This document shows, piece after piece, positions 1 to 10,048 of a DNA stretch of 64,000 bases. The notes beneath the pieces are model-generated. The model was given only the letters and a program-made list of their open reading frames with translations, did no database searches and had not been told where the DNA came from. A program made the translations under genes and the position numbers. The stretch lies in the NCBI GenBank assembly GCA_965112635.1, contig OZ218778.1, forward strand, positions 1,440,001-1,504,000. Reading direction: 5' to 3'. The stretch comes from an uncultured bacterium. GTDB taxonomy: Bacteria > Oederibacteriota > Oederibacteriia > Oederibacteriales > Oederibacteriaceae. Each line of letters starts with the position of its first letter. The first letter of the stretch is position 1.

Positions 1-2260
1 TTCTTATACAGCAGAGCAAACCTATCTCTATGAAATCTCTGTTAGCCAACTAGAAAACCTTAATACCTCGCAATGGACCAATGCTGAGCCGATGGATAAT
101 AAAAATGTTAGAAGGGTTTTGCCGAACACCAATGCCTGTTTTACTTTACCATCCTGGTGGGGAGACTCCGCGAGGCCCCAGGAAGGTGAAATGTATATGC
201 TGGAAATTGATTTTCGTGATGACCTGTCCAGTCCGGCTGTTGTTTCTTCCTTTGGAAACTGTGAGAGGTCCTTTGGTATGAGTGAGCTGCACCGCATTGG
301 CGGTGCGGGTGACAAAAAATGGAAGACCGGCTGCATCCCTGTGTCCTGGGATTATCTTTATGCCGGCGAAGGCAACCCAGCGGGTGATGGGAAGCAGCAG
401 TTTGGCATCCAAGTCCAAGGTGGCGATCGCGCCCTTCCAATATCAGAAATACGTTTGAGAAAGGCGGTTCCAGGTGACCAGGAGCGTTATAACAGAGAAA
501 CTAGGACCTGGGTCGAAAAAAAACAAGAGAGTTGTGACCCGTCAAAAATAAGTGATCCCCAGCCGGCCAGCCCTGAAATTCCGGAGGGATGGGGAGCCAA
601 GGCCTGTATCCCATTCCTGGAAAGCTGCTTAAAGCCGATATATCCCACGGATGCTCCTGATAAGGATTCTGTGGGCAAGGCCCTGAAGATGCGCATGTCT
701 TTAAACGAGCTAGAAAACGCCCAATTTGGAATCTATGCCCATGGCCGGGAATTAAAAGACGTATCGTTTACGGTTTCTTCCATGGTCAACAGCGCTGGTG
801 AAACATTGACTGCGGAAGTCAATACTTACACTGTGGAGTACGCCCTAGAGGCGGGAGCGGACGGGAAAATCAGGACTACTCCCCAGAGATTATGGCCCAT
901 GTTTGAAGCCACTATTCAGCCGGGACATTCCCAGGCATTTTGGATAGTCGTTGAGTCCAAGGAACAAACAACGATCCCCGGCACTTATCATGGGGAGATA
1001 GTTGTTGACGTCAAAGAACCAAAGATAACGGAGAGGATCCCTTTGGAAATTGTGGTCATGCCCATCAGGTTGTTGAGTATGAAGGAAGCAGGTTTGCATA
1101 TGGGAGCCAATGTCTATGGGTACGTGCCTTTTCATAGTATCTCCTATGCATTAAAAAATAATATCAACGGGGCTGACCTGTGGTACTTTTGCGCCCATCC
1201 GGTTCTTAATAAAATTGAGGGCAACCTGGAAATAGATTTCACTTTAATGAACGAATGGATGAAAGAAGCTAAACGCCGAGGCTGGGAAAAAATTGTTTAT
1301 TACCTGGGAGGCGACCCGGCTGGATTTCCCAATACGCTTTCTGCGGAACGGGATATTTATATGACCATGCATCAGGGGGAGGCAGATAGCCAGACCTTTA
1401 GAACCAAATTCGCCAAATTGGCCGGGGAACCAGGAGCTCGGGATAGGGTTTTAAAAGAGATCCGTGGGCAGTATGGGCGATGGCTACAAAAATTGATAGG
1501 GTCCGCTTGGATGCATGGCTGGCCCGAGCTGATTTTGACACCCTTGGACGAACCCGGCAAGTATGCCTTGCCGCCGCAAAAGGATAGGTCCCCAGATTGC
1601 ATAGGTTCCGGGCCGTGGATAAAAACACATTTTGAGGACACCTGTAAGTTGATACGCCAGCAGGCTCCGCGCACCCGCATCTATGTTTCCGTGCATGACC
1701 TCCACGCGCTCGCCTTTATTCCTGACGCGGATGTGATAGACGACGAGGTCATAGACCAGGACGCAGAGGCTCCGGATAAGGTCACGGAAGCAGGGGGGCA
1801 CAAGGAGTGCTGGTTGTTTGACGGAGGAGGGGTTGATGCCCGTTATGTTTATGGCTTTTACTTTGGGAGTTTTGCCTCAAAGGGTTCAGGCATGTGGGCC
1901 TATAATTGGGGAGACGATAAATTTGATCTGTCCAAGGGCGGTCAATGGTGCCTTTGCTGGGATACTCCTTTTGCGACCATTCCCACCCTGGGGTTGGAAA
2001 GCCTGCGTGAGGGATGGGATGACCGGCGCTATATGGAAACCCTGAGAAAAGCCGCTAAAGAGGTGGGAAAAGAACAGGAGGCCAATGATTTTCTAAAGAA
2101 AATATTTGAACAAGCGGTCATTATTCAGGACAAGGATGGTAAAGTTACAGCCAATGCTCCCCATAAACCACCCGAAAAATTAAAAGATCCGGCAACCCTG
2201 GATGCTTTTCGTTATCAGATTGCCGATAAAATCCTGGAATATTTGGAGCAGAAAAAGTAG
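1..2260 (+). CDS. Large hypothetical glycoside-hydrolase-like protein (DUF4091/GH123-like C-terminus); 5'-partial
   Basis: Frame is open from position 2 to the ORF-track start at 92; C-terminal 'LESLREGWDDRRYMETL' resembles DUF4091-type tails. Confidence 0.55.
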   Translation, partial: SYTAEQTYLYEISVSQLENLNTSQWTNAEPMDNKNVRRVLPNTNACFTLPSWWGDSARPQEGEMYMLEIDFRDDLSSPAVVSSFGNCERSFGMSELHRIGGAGDKKWKTGCIPVSWDYLYAGEGNPAGDGKQQFGIQVQGGDRALPISEIRLRKAVPGDQERYNRETRTWVEKKQESCDPSKISDPQPASPEIPEGWGAKACIPFLESCLKPIYPTDAPDKDSVGKALKMRMSLNELENAQFGIYAHGRELKDVSFTVSSMVNSAGETLTAEVNTYTVEYALEAGADGKIRTTPQRLWPMFEATIQPGHSQAFWIVVESKEQTTIPGTYHGEIVVDVKEPKITERIPLEIVVMPIRLLSMKEAGLHMGANVYGYVPFHSISYALKNNINGADLWYFCAHPVLNKIEGNLEIDFTLMNEWMKEAKRRGWEKIVYYLGGDPAGFPNTLSAERDIYMTMHQGEADSQTFRTKFAKLAGEPGARDRVLKEIRGQYGRWLQKLIGSAWMHGWPELILTPLDEPGKYALPPQKDRSPDCIGSGPWIKTHFEDTCKLIRQQAPRTRIYVSVHDLHALAFIPDADVIDDEVIDQDAEAPDKVTEAGGHKECWLFDGGGVDARYVYGFYFGSFASKGSGMWAYNWGDDKFDLSKGGQWCLCWDTPFATIPTLGLESLREGWDDRRYMETLRKAAKEVGKEQEANDFLKKIFEQAVIIQDKDGKVTANAPHKPPEKLKDPATLDAFRYQIADKILEYLEQKK

Positions 2261-2327
2261 ATCAGTTTGATATTAACAAAACAATCGTTTTTGTTTTGTT
2301 AGAGAAGTGATATAAAGTTAGTTCCGT

Positions 2328-2415
<88 letters not shown>

Positions 2416-2416
2416 C

Positions 2417-2520
2417 GTCCGCCACCAGAGGTGGCGAGACGGCGAGACCTCGCCCTTCGCCGAAGGCGAAGAGGCGGGTCCGCCTAATAAATGGCGAGAT
2501 AGCGGGATCCGCCTGCAAGG
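2417..2520. repeat. Cluster of short GC-rich palindromes in two related tandem units after tRNA-Ser
   Basis: CGCCACC-aga-GGTGGCG, CTTCGCC-gaa-GGCGAAG, GGCGGGTCCGCC; GTCCGCC...TGGCGAGA unit occurs twice. Confidence 0.65.
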
Positions 2521-2526
2521 AAGTCT

Positions 2527-2787
2527 ATGTATCACGTTTATATCCTCCTCAATGAAGCAAAGACTCGGACCTATACTGGAGTTGCCAATGATGTTGAAAA
2601 ACGTTTGAAAGAGCATAATGAAGGTAAGGTGATCTCTTCGCGCCCCTATCGTCCCTATGAAGTGGTCTATACCGAATCCTTTAAAACATTGGGCGAAGCG
2701 AGACAGCGAGAAAAGTTCTATAAATCGACAACCGGGCGAAGAAAAATAAAGTCAATGCTGTTCGGTCCGTCCTTGACCAGGGGATGA
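2527..2787 (+). CDS. Small GIY-YIG nuclease (UPF0213-like)
   Basis: 'YHVYIL...RTYTGV...KRLKEHN...EARQREKFYKS' matches the GIY-YIG pattern. Confidence 0.9.
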   Translation: MYHVYILLNEAKTRTYTGVANDVEKRLKEHNEGKVISSRPYRPYEVVYTESFKTLGEARQREKFYKSTTGRRKIKSMLFGPSLTRG

Positions 2788-2801
2788 AAGGAGAACCTTC
2801 C

Positions 2802-4103
2802 ATGATAGCAAAATATTTTAATTTTGCCGCGCTGAAGACCAATTTCAGGACCGAGGTGCTGGCCGGGCTTACCACCTTCATGACCATGTCCTACATTATC
2901 TTCGTGAACCCCAGCATCCTGAGCCAGGGAGGCATGCCGGCCGCGGCAGTCATGGCCGCCACTTGCGTAGCCAGCGCTGTTCCGACCTTGCTGATGGGGC
3001 TTTGGGCCAAGTATCCCCTGGCTTTGGCACCAGGCATGGGCCTTAATGCCTTCGTGGCTTTTTCCATTATCAAAGGCAAGGGGCTATCCTGGGAAACAGC
3101 CATGGCCATGATCTTCATCGAAGGGGTGGTCATCACCATCCTTGTCCTGACCCAGTTCAGACAGCAGGTCATGGACGCCATTCCCATGTCCTTGAAAAGG
3201 GCTATTGGCGCGGGTATCGGGCTTTTTCTGGCGTTCCTTGGATTAACTCAGGCGGGTTTTGTGGCGTCTGACCCGTCCACCTATTTGACCCTGGGCAAGT
3301 TTGGGAATGTAGAGACCAGCCTGGCTTTAGTTGGCCTAATCATCACGGTTGTTCTGGTAGTCCGCCGGGTGCAAGGGGCATTGCTCCTGGGCATCCTGGC
3401 CACCACCGTGTTTTCCATGATGACGGGTCATAGCCACATGCCTGACGCCATTTTTAGCTGGCCTTCTTTTGAGACTACCGGAGGGTTTGTCCGAGGCTTA
3501 GGTACTGCCCTGCAGCTGTCCCTGGTACCTTTGATTCTCACCATGATGCTGTCAGACTTTTTTGACACCATGGGCACGGTCATTGCCGTGGGAGAAGAGG
3601 GTGGTTTTCTGGATAAAACAGGGAACATCCCCAGACTGAACCGTATTTTGATCGTGGATTCAGTGGCGGCCTTTTTCGGCGGGGCCATGGGTTGTTCCTC
3701 TTCCACTACCTATATAGAAAGCGCCTCAGGCGTGGCCGCGGGAGGGCGCAGCGGTTTCGCTTCGGTGGTGACCGGGCTGTTATTCCTGGTCTGCCTGTTC
3801 TTCTCGCCTTTGGCTGGCCTGGTGCCCAAAGAAGCCACGGCTCCGGCCCTGATCCTGGTCGGGTTTTTCATGATGAGCGTCATCATGGATATTGAATGGA
3901 AAAAGGCAGAAGAGGCCTTGCCGGCTTTTTTGACGCTCCTGATGATTCCGTTGACCTTCAACATCTCGGACGGAATCGGCTGGGGCATTATTTCCTATGT
4001 GCTGGTGCAGATCGTTATGGGCAAAGGAAAAAAACTCAGTTTAGCCGTACTTTTGATCGCACTGGTCTTTGCCTTCAGCTTTTCTCCCTGGGCAGGCAGG
4101 TAG
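2802..4103 (+). CDS. NCS2/AzgA-family purine permease
   Basis: 'EVLAGLTTFMTMSYIIFVNP', 'APGMGLNAF', 'YIESASGVAAGGRSG'; AAGGAG RBS before ATG 2802. Confidence 0.92.
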   Translation: MIAKYFNFAALKTNFRTEVLAGLTTFMTMSYIIFVNPSILSQGGMPAAAVMAATCVASAVPTLLMGLWAKYPLALAPGMGLNAFVAFSIIKGKGLSWETAMAMIFIEGVVITILVLTQFRQQVMDAIPMSLKRAIGAGIGLFLAFLGLTQAGFVASDPSTYLTLGKFGNVETSLALVGLIITVVLVVRRVQGALLLGILATTVFSMMTGHSHMPDAIFSWPSFETTGGFVRGLGTALQLSLVPLILTMMLSDFFDTMGTVIAVGEEGGFLDKTGNIPRLNRILIVDSVAAFFGGAMGCSSSTTYIESASGVAAGGRSGFASVVTGLLFLVCLFFSPLAGLVPKEATAPALILVGFFMMSVIMDIEWKKAEEALPAFLTLLMIPLTFNISDGIGWGIISYVLVQIVMGKGKKLSLAVLLIALVFAFSFSPWAGR

Positions 4104-4277
4104 TATATTTCTACAAGCTCACATTCCTGGTACGAAGTCAGGTCAAACCTCCGAAAATATAGCATTGACAGGGGCGCAAAACAGTTCCAAAATACTAGCT
4201 TTCCATCCTAACCCTGGTCCAGATAAAGATAAAAACAACGGCATTATAAAGGGTTAATTCTAATAGGGAGGTTTGTT

Positions 4278-6977
4278 ATGGCAAAAAAGGCAGTATCAGG
4301 CGCAAAATCCAAGAAATTCGTATATTTCTTCGGAGCAGGCAAGGCCGAAGGGGCCGGGCTTCCCAAGGATATCCTGGGAGGCAAAGGCCAGGGCCTGGCT
4401 GAAATGGTCAAAATAGGCCTGCCGGTACCGGCTGGATTCACCATCTCCATCGATGCCTGCGCCCAGTACTATGACCAGGGCAAAAAACTGCCCGCGGGCC
4501 TGGAGGCTGAGGTCAAGGAACATATCGCCAGACTGGAAAAGGTCACCGGGAAAAAGCTCGGAGATTCCAAGGACCCTTTGCTGGTCTCAGTGCGCTCCGG
4601 CGCGGCCCGCTCTATGCCGGGTATGATGGAAACCATCCTAAACCTGGGGCTCAATGATATTTCAGTCGAGGGTCTGGCCAAGGAAACAGGCAACCCCCGG
4701 TTCGCCTATGACGCTTACCGCAGGTTCATCCAGATGTATTCCACCACGGCCATGGGCCTTTCCAAGGAACCCATGGAAGAGATGCTCCACGACCTCAAAA
4801 AGAAGCTGGGCGTAAAGACCGACCCGGAAATACCCGCCGAAGAGCTCATCAGTCTGTGCATCAAATTCAAAGAGTTCTATAAGAAGAACATGAACGGCAA
4901 GCCGTTCCCCCAGGACGTGACCGAGCAGCTCTGGGGCGCGGTCAAGGCCGTGTTCGGCTCCTGGATGGCGGACAAAGCAGTGACCTATCGCCGGGTGGAA
5001 AAGATCACCGACCTCAAGGGCACCGCGGTCAACATCGTGCAGATGGTGTTCGGCAACAAGGGCGAAGGTTCGGGGACCGGCGTGTGCTTTACCCGCGACC
5101 CCAACTCCGGGGAGAACGAGTTTTACGGCGACTATCTCATCAACGCCCAGGGCGAAGACGTGGTGGCCGGCATCCGGACGCCGCTCAAGCTCTCCACTCT
5201 GGACAAGCAGATGCCCAAGGTTTACCAACAGTTGTGCGAGGTGCGGTCGACCCTGGAGAAACATTACAAAGAAATGCAGGACCTGGAGTTCACCATCGAG
5301 GACGGCAAGCTCTATATGCTGCAGTGCCGGACCGGCAAGCGTTCGCCTGTGGCCACCTTCCGCATCGCCTGCGACATGGTCAACGAAAAGCTGATCACCA
5401 AAGAACAGGCTATCGGCCGCATCCAGCCCGAAGATATCGAACGGCTCTTTTATCCCGTCATTGACCCCGGTATTGACCGCAAAAAACTGGCGGAAGCCCG
5501 CTTGGCGACCGGTATCAACGCGGTCCCCGGCGCCGCGGCCGGAGTGGTCGTTTTCACGGCGCAGGAGGCCGAAGCCGAGGCCGATAAAGGCCTCAAAGTC
5601 ATCCTGGTGCGCCGGGAGACCAGCCCCGAGGACGTCGGCGGCATGCACGCCGCGCAGGGTATTTTGACCGCCACGGGCGGCAAAACCAGCCACGCGGCCG
5701 TGGTCGCGCGCGGATGGGGCAAATGCTGCATCGTCGGGTGCGAAAAGATCAATGTTGATGAGAAGGCCAAATGTTTCACGGTGGGAAGCAAAAAGGTCAA
5801 GGAAGGGGACTGGGTGACCCTGGACGGCTCCACCGGTGATGTCTATGCCGGCCAGATGTCCCTCAAAAAGCCCGAGCTTTCCCAGGCCTATACGACCCTG
5901 ATGTCCTGGTGCGACGAGATCCGCCGTCTCAAGGTCCGCACCAACGCCGACACCCCCTATGACGCTGAGAACGCCATCAAGATGGGCGCCGAGGGTATCG
6001 GGCTGTGCCGGACCGAGCATATGTTCTTTGATACCGAGGAACGCCGCCTGGCCATCCAGGAGATGATCGTGGCGGAGAATTTGGAAACGCGCAAAAAGGC
6101 GCTGGCCAAACTGCTGCCTTTCCAACGCGCCGATTTCGAGGGCATTTTCACGGCCATGGACGGCAAGGGCGTGACCATCCGCCTCATTGACCCGCCTTTG
6201 CACGAATTCACCCCCAAGGACCAAGAGGGGATGGAAAAACTTTCCAAGATCACCGGGCTTTCCGTAGAACATATCCGGCACCGCTGCGAACAGCTCCATG
6301 AGTCCAACCCCATGCTGGGGCACCGCGGCTGCCGCCTCTGCATCACCTATCCTGAGATATTGGACATGCAGGTGACCGCCATCATCACGGCGGCCATCAA
6401 CTGTTCCAAAAAAGGGATCAAAGTATTCCCCGAGATCATGATCCCGCTGGTCATCGACCCCAAGGAATTGAAAATTCTCGAAGTCCAGACCCGCCAGGTC
6501 GCCGACGCGCTGATCGCCCAGAGCGGGATCAAGCTCCCCTACATGGTCGGGACCATGATCGAGATACCCCGGGCGGCTTTGCTGGCGGACAAGATCGCCG
6601 AGGTAGCCGAGTTCTTCAGTTTCGGGACCAACGACCTCACCCAGATGACCATGGGGCTTTCCCGCGATGACGCGGGACGGTTCCTGCCGGTCTATGTGGC
6701 CTCGGAAAAGGACGGCGGTAAGGCCATTTTCAGCGACGACCCGTTCCAGTCCCTGGACCAGAGCGGTGTCGGCCAGCTGGTGGAGATGGGCATCAAAAAA
6801 GGCCGTTCCACCCGCAAGCACCTCAAGGTCGGTATCTGCGGTGAACACGGAGGAGAGGCCAAGAGCGTGAAATTCTGCCACAAGGTGGGGATGGATTATG
6901 TTTCCTGCTCGCCCTACCGCGTGCCCATCGCCCGGTTGGCGGCAGCCCAGGCGGTCATTGAGGAAAAATCCAAGTAA
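4278..6977 (+). CDS. ppdK: Pyruvate, phosphate dikinase
   Basis: 'LGGKG', 'VSVRSGA', phospho-His motif 'TSHAAVVARGWG', 'GLCRTEHMF', 'SFGTNDLTQ'. Confidence 0.98.
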   Translation: MAKKAVSGAKSKKFVYFFGAGKAEGAGLPKDILGGKGQGLAEMVKIGLPVPAGFTISIDACAQYYDQGKKLPAGLEAEVKEHIARLEKVTGKKLGDSKDPLLVSVRSGAARSMPGMMETILNLGLNDISVEGLAKETGNPRFAYDAYRRFIQMYSTTAMGLSKEPMEEMLHDLKKKLGVKTDPEIPAEELISLCIKFKEFYKKNMNGKPFPQDVTEQLWGAVKAVFGSWMADKAVTYRRVEKITDLKGTAVNIVQMVFGNKGEGSGTGVCFTRDPNSGENEFYGDYLINAQGEDVVAGIRTPLKLSTLDKQMPKVYQQLCEVRSTLEKHYKEMQDLEFTIEDGKLYMLQCRTGKRSPVATFRIACDMVNEKLITKEQAIGRIQPEDIERLFYPVIDPGIDRKKLAEARLATGINAVPGAAAGVVVFTAQEAEAEADKGLKVILVRRETSPEDVGGMHAAQGILTATGGKTSHAAVVARGWGKCCIVGCEKINVDEKAKCFTVGSKKVKEGDWVTLDGSTGDVYAGQMSLKKPELSQAYTTLMSWCDEIRRLKVRTNADTPYDAENAIKMGAEGIGLCRTEHMFFDTEERRLAIQEMIVAENLETRKKALAKLLPFQRADFEGIFTAMDGKGVTIRLIDPPLHEFTPKDQEGMEKLSKITGLSVEHIRHRCEQLHESNPMLGHRGCRLCITYPEILDMQVTAIITAAINCSKKGIKVFPEIMIPLVIDPKELKILEVQTRQVADALIAQSGIKLPYMVGTMIEIPRAALLADKIAEVAEFFSFGTNDLTQMTMGLSRDDAGRFLPVYVASEKDGGKAIFSDDPFQSLDQSGVGQLVEMGIKKGRSTRKHLKVGICGEHGGEAKSVKFCHKVGMDYVSCSPYRVPIARLAAAQAVIEEKSK

Positions 6978-6995
6978 CGGCAAAGAAATAAAATG

Positions 6996-7030
6996 AAAAG
7001 GGGCGGTCTGAAGAGATCGCCCTTTTTTTT
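6996..7030 (+). terminator. Intrinsic terminator after ppdK
   Basis: GGGCGGTCT-gaag-AGATCGCCC followed by T8. Confidence 0.85.
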
Positions 7031-7076
7031 GGCCACCGCTAGAAAATTCGCGAGTGGAAAAACAGAGGAGGAATAA

Positions 7077-8213
7077 ATGAGCAAAGTTGTTTTGATCGCC
7101 TGCGATTCCTATGATAAAGAAAAGGTCTATGCTGCCGTCCAAAAAGGCCTCAACCTGCTGGGCGGGTCAGGCCAATTCGCCAAAGCAGGGGAGAAAATAC
7201 TTTTTAAGGTCAACCTGCTGGTGGGTGATAACCCGGACAAGTGCGTGACCACGCACCCAGAGGTCCTTAAAGCCGTGGCTAAAGCGTTCAAGGAGACCGG
7301 AGCGAAGCTCGGTTATGGCGACGGGCCGGCCATGGGCAGCACGGCCAGCGCCAGCCAGAAATCAGGCCTGACCAAGCCGGCCCAGGAGACCGGGGTGGAG
7401 CTGAAAGAATTCCAGCCGGGCCAGGAGGTCGTTTTTAAAGAAGGGAAGCAGAACAAAAAGTTTTTCCTGGCCAAGGCGGTGTTGGACAGCGACGGGGTCA
7501 TCAGCCTGCCTAAAATGAAGACGCATGGATTAGAAAAGATAACCGGAGCGGTCAAGAACCAGTTCGGCTGTATCCCCAGCATTCGGAAGGCTGAGTTCCA
7601 TGTGCGCCTCCCCAACTCCGTGGATTTCGCCAAGATGCTGGTGGACCTTACCCAGTGCGTGCGTCCCAGGCTCTATATCATGGACGGCATTATGGCCATG
7701 GAGGGCAACGGGCCCAGGAGCGGCACGCCCCGCAAGATGGGAGTCCTCCTGTTCTCCACTGACCCTATTGCTCTGGATGCCACTTTCTGCCGGATGATTG
7801 CTCTTGACCCTTTGCTGGTGCCTACCATCAGATTCGGCCAGGAATTTGGAGCCGGGACTTATGAGGAAGGAAAGATAGAGCTTTTGGGTGACCCGCTGTC
7901 CCGCTTTATCACCCCGGATTTCAACGTGGACCGCAAACCGCTCAAACCCTTTAAGCCCAGCGGTATGCTGAGGTTCCTATCCAACCGGCTTGTCCCCAGG
8001 CCAGTCATCGACCCGGCTAAGTGCATCAAGTGCGGGATATGCGTCCAGGTGTGCCCGGTCCCGGCTAAGGCCGTGAACTGGGGGCCGGAAGGCAAGTCCC
8101 AGCCGCCTGTCCATAATTACAAGATCTGCATCAGGTGCTACTGCTGTCAGGAACTCTGCCCGGAAAAGGCCATAGACCTGCAAAAGCCGTTGTTAAGGCG
8201 GCTATTCAGTTGA
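7077..8213 (+). CDS. DUF362 protein with C-terminal 2x[4Fe-4S] ferredoxin domain
   Basis: 'KVNLL..TTHPEV', 'PKMKTHG..TGAVKNQFG', 'MEGNGP', two CxxCxxCxxxCP motifs. Confidence 0.9.
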   Translation: MSKVVLIACDSYDKEKVYAAVQKGLNLLGGSGQFAKAGEKILFKVNLLVGDNPDKCVTTHPEVLKAVAKAFKETGAKLGYGDGPAMGSTASASQKSGLTKPAQETGVELKEFQPGQEVVFKEGKQNKKFFLAKAVLDSDGVISLPKMKTHGLEKITGAVKNQFGCIPSIRKAEFHVRLPNSVDFAKMLVDLTQCVRPRLYIMDGIMAMEGNGPRSGTPRKMGVLLFSTDPIALDATFCRMIALDPLLVPTIRFGQEFGAGTYEEGKIELLGDPLSRFITPDFNVDRKPLKPFKPSGMLRFLSNRLVPRPVIDPAKCIKCGICVQVCPVPAKAVNWGPEGKSQPPVHNYKICIRCYCCQELCPEKAIDLQKPLLRRLFS

Positions 8214-8291
8214 ACTACCACTTAAAGGTGTCATTTCGGCGGTCTGACGGGTAAAATCCAGTTATCTATTACATTTTTATGGGAGGATAAC

Positions 8292-8906
8292 ATGGCAGAT
8301 AAGAAAAAACTCACCACCCAAAGCGGCGCGCCTGTACCTGACAACCAGAACATCATGACCGCCGGTCCGCATGGTCCGGCGCTGTTGCAGGACGTCTGGT
8401 TCCAGGAGAAGCTGGCTCATTTCGACCGCGAGGTGATCCCGGAACGGCGTATGCATGCCAAGGGATCGGGCGCCTATGGCACCTTCACGGTCACTCACGA
8501 CATTACCAAGTACACCAAGGCCAAGATATTTTCCAGCGTCGGCAAGAAGACAGACATGTTCGCGCGATTCTCCACCGTGGCCGGAGAACGCGGCGCGGCT
8601 GACGCGGAAAGGGATATCCGCGGTTTTGCCATGAAGTTCTACACTGAGGAGGGAAACTGGGACCTGGTCGGGAATAACACGCCCGTGTTCTTCCTGCGGG
8701 ACCCGCTCAAGTTCCCGGACCTCAACCACGCGGTCAAGCGCGATCCCCGCACCAACCTGCGCAGCGCGAAGAACAACTGGGATTTTTGGACCTCGCTTCC
8801 CGAGGCCCTGCACCAGATCACCATCACCATGAGCGAACGGGGGATCCCTTATTCCTACCGCCACAAAAATTGGGGTCGTATCTTGACATTTGACATGCAA
8901 AATTGA
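8292..8906 (+). pseudogene. katA: Monofunctional heme catalase, N-terminal ~190 aa only; homology ends at ~8864
   Basis: '[17 protein letters not shown]', '[11 protein letters not shown]'; expected 'YRHMHGFGSHT' is replaced by '[16 protein letters not shown]'. Confidence 0.9.
8872..8895 (+). repeat. Scaffold motif A (GGGGTCGTATCTTGACATTTGACA)
   Basis: ATCTTGACATTTGACA is re-formed at 13885-13891/15442-15450 after removing IS1182; inverted relatives at 11421-11465 and 11544-11588. Confidence 0.7.
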
Positions 8907-8960
8907 GCCCCGCCCCCCCGACCTCTTTCCGCAATTTTTCCACTCTGCATTTAGTCTCCG

Positions 8961-8980
8961 CAATCCTGTAAAAAATCGCA
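8961..8980 (+). repeat. Scaffold motif M copy 1 (CAATCCTGTAAAAAATCGCA)
   Basis: Identical 20-mer at 9957-9976 and 16145-16164. Confidence 0.9.
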
Positions 8981-9054
8981 CTTTTTTTTAATCTGCTGGT
9001 AGAATTCCAGCAGGTAAAATTAGTTTTGGAAAAGGGAATGCCATTTTTATAAGG

Positions 9055-9082
9055 TTGACAGTGTCCAATAAAATGGTAAGAT
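9055..9082 (+). promoter_or_regulatory. Sigma70-type promoter for the NYN gene
   Basis: TTGACA-16 nt-TAAGAT with TG extension. Confidence 0.6.
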
Positions 9083-9104
9083 TTTTATAGATTATGAATA
9101 TATC

Positions 9105-9168
9105 ACCCCTGTTGCTTCGGCACAGGGCGCGAAGCCGCCGCAAGGCGGCTTCTGCTTTTAGGGGGCAG
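9105..9168 (+). ncRNA. Candidate structured RNA leader upstream of the NYN gene
   Basis: CCCTGTTGC-TTCG-GCACAGGG; GAAGCCGCC-GCAA-GGCGGCTTC; weak third stem over the GGGGG RBS. Confidence 0.5.
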
Positions 9169-9169
9169 T

Positions 9170-9793
9170 TTGAGGACAAATGTCTATATTGACGGATTTA
9201 ACCTTTATTTTGGCGCAGTAAAAAGTACCCCCTATAAGTGGCTTGACTTAAATAAATTCTGCAAATTATTGCTTCCCCAAAATGAGATTTATCAGATCAA
9301 ATATTTTACGGCGTTGGTGAGGCCGCGTCCCCAAGACCCCCTGCAACCTCTCAGACAGCAGATATATTTAAGAGCGTTAAAAACTATCCCTAATTTGTCC
9401 ATTATCCTGGGGCATTTTTTGACCCATGAAGTTATGATGCCTCTAGCTGAGACCGTTGACGGCAAAACCAAATATGTCAAAGTTATTAAGACCGAAGAAA
9501 AAGGTTCAGATGTAAATTTGGCTGCTCATTTACTGAATGACGCCTATAAAAATGATTTTGAAATAGCAGCCATTGTGTCTAATGATTCAGATTTACTTGA
9601 ACCTATCAGAATCGTCCGTAGTCAGCTCAATAAAGGTGTTGGTATTATCAATCCACATGCGAAACCCAGCCGTGAGCTTTTGAAAAACGCTCTTTTTTAT
9701 AAAAAGGTTAGACGTGGTTTATTAGCCGCTAGTCAATTTCCGCCAATCATGAGCGATGCAAACGGTTCCTTTCATAAACCTGAAACCTGGTAA
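9170..9793 (+). CDS. NYN-domain (PIN-fold) ribonuclease
   Basis: 'YIDGFNLY', 'EEKGSDVNLA', 'VSNDSDL' acidic catalytic motifs; TTG start. Confidence 0.9.
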   Translation: MRTNVYIDGFNLYFGAVKSTPYKWLDLNKFCKLLLPQNEIYQIKYFTALVRPRPQDPLQPLRQQIYLRALKTIPNLSIILGHFLTHEVMMPLAETVDGKTKYVKVIKTEEKGSDVNLAAHLLNDAYKNDFEIAAIVSNDSDLLEPIRIVRSQLNKGVGIINPHAKPSRELLKNALFYKKVRRGLLAASQFPPIMSDANGSFHKPETW

Positions 9794-9834
9794 CCTAGGA
9801 GCGAGGAGACAGGTCTGGGAAGTTAAACTCAAAG

Positions 9835-9919
9835 CCGTCTCCCCCAGGCTTAACAAACCATTTTCCCCACCGGGGCACAATCTCATAAGGATTTAAGGAG
9901 TGTGCCCGTTGATTTGCCA
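9835..9919 (+). repeat. Scaffold repeat C copy 1 (~85 bp)
   Basis: Identical to 15454-15539 except for one C; internal GGGCACA...TGTGCCC inverted repeat. Confidence 0.95.
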
Positions 9920-9956
9920 TTCAGGTTATTCAACCCCATTCAGGTCGTTCAACCCG

Positions 9957-9999
9957 CAATCCTGTAAAAAATCGCATTTTCCTTAGATTTGTGTTATAC
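9957..9999 (+). repeat. Scaffold motif M copy 2 (extended)
   Basis: Core 20-mer plus TTAGATTTGTGTTATAC, shared with 16145-16187. Confidence 0.9.
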
Positions 10000-10015
10000 G
10001 AATGGGTCCCCCACG

Positions 10016-10048
10016 GGCACAGCGGAGGTTTTCCGCTGTGCCTTTTTT
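10016..10048 (+). terminator. Intrinsic terminator-like hairpin
   Basis: GGCACAGCGGA-ggttt-TCCGCTGTGCC-T6. Confidence 0.75.

Noticed and set aside
2787-2802. Purine riboswitch before the NCS2 permease
   Set aside because: No room after the GIY-YIG gene and no consensus visible.
4662-7142. 826-aa minus-strand ORF
   Set aside because: Antisense shadow of ppdK caused by codon bias; no recognisable motifs.
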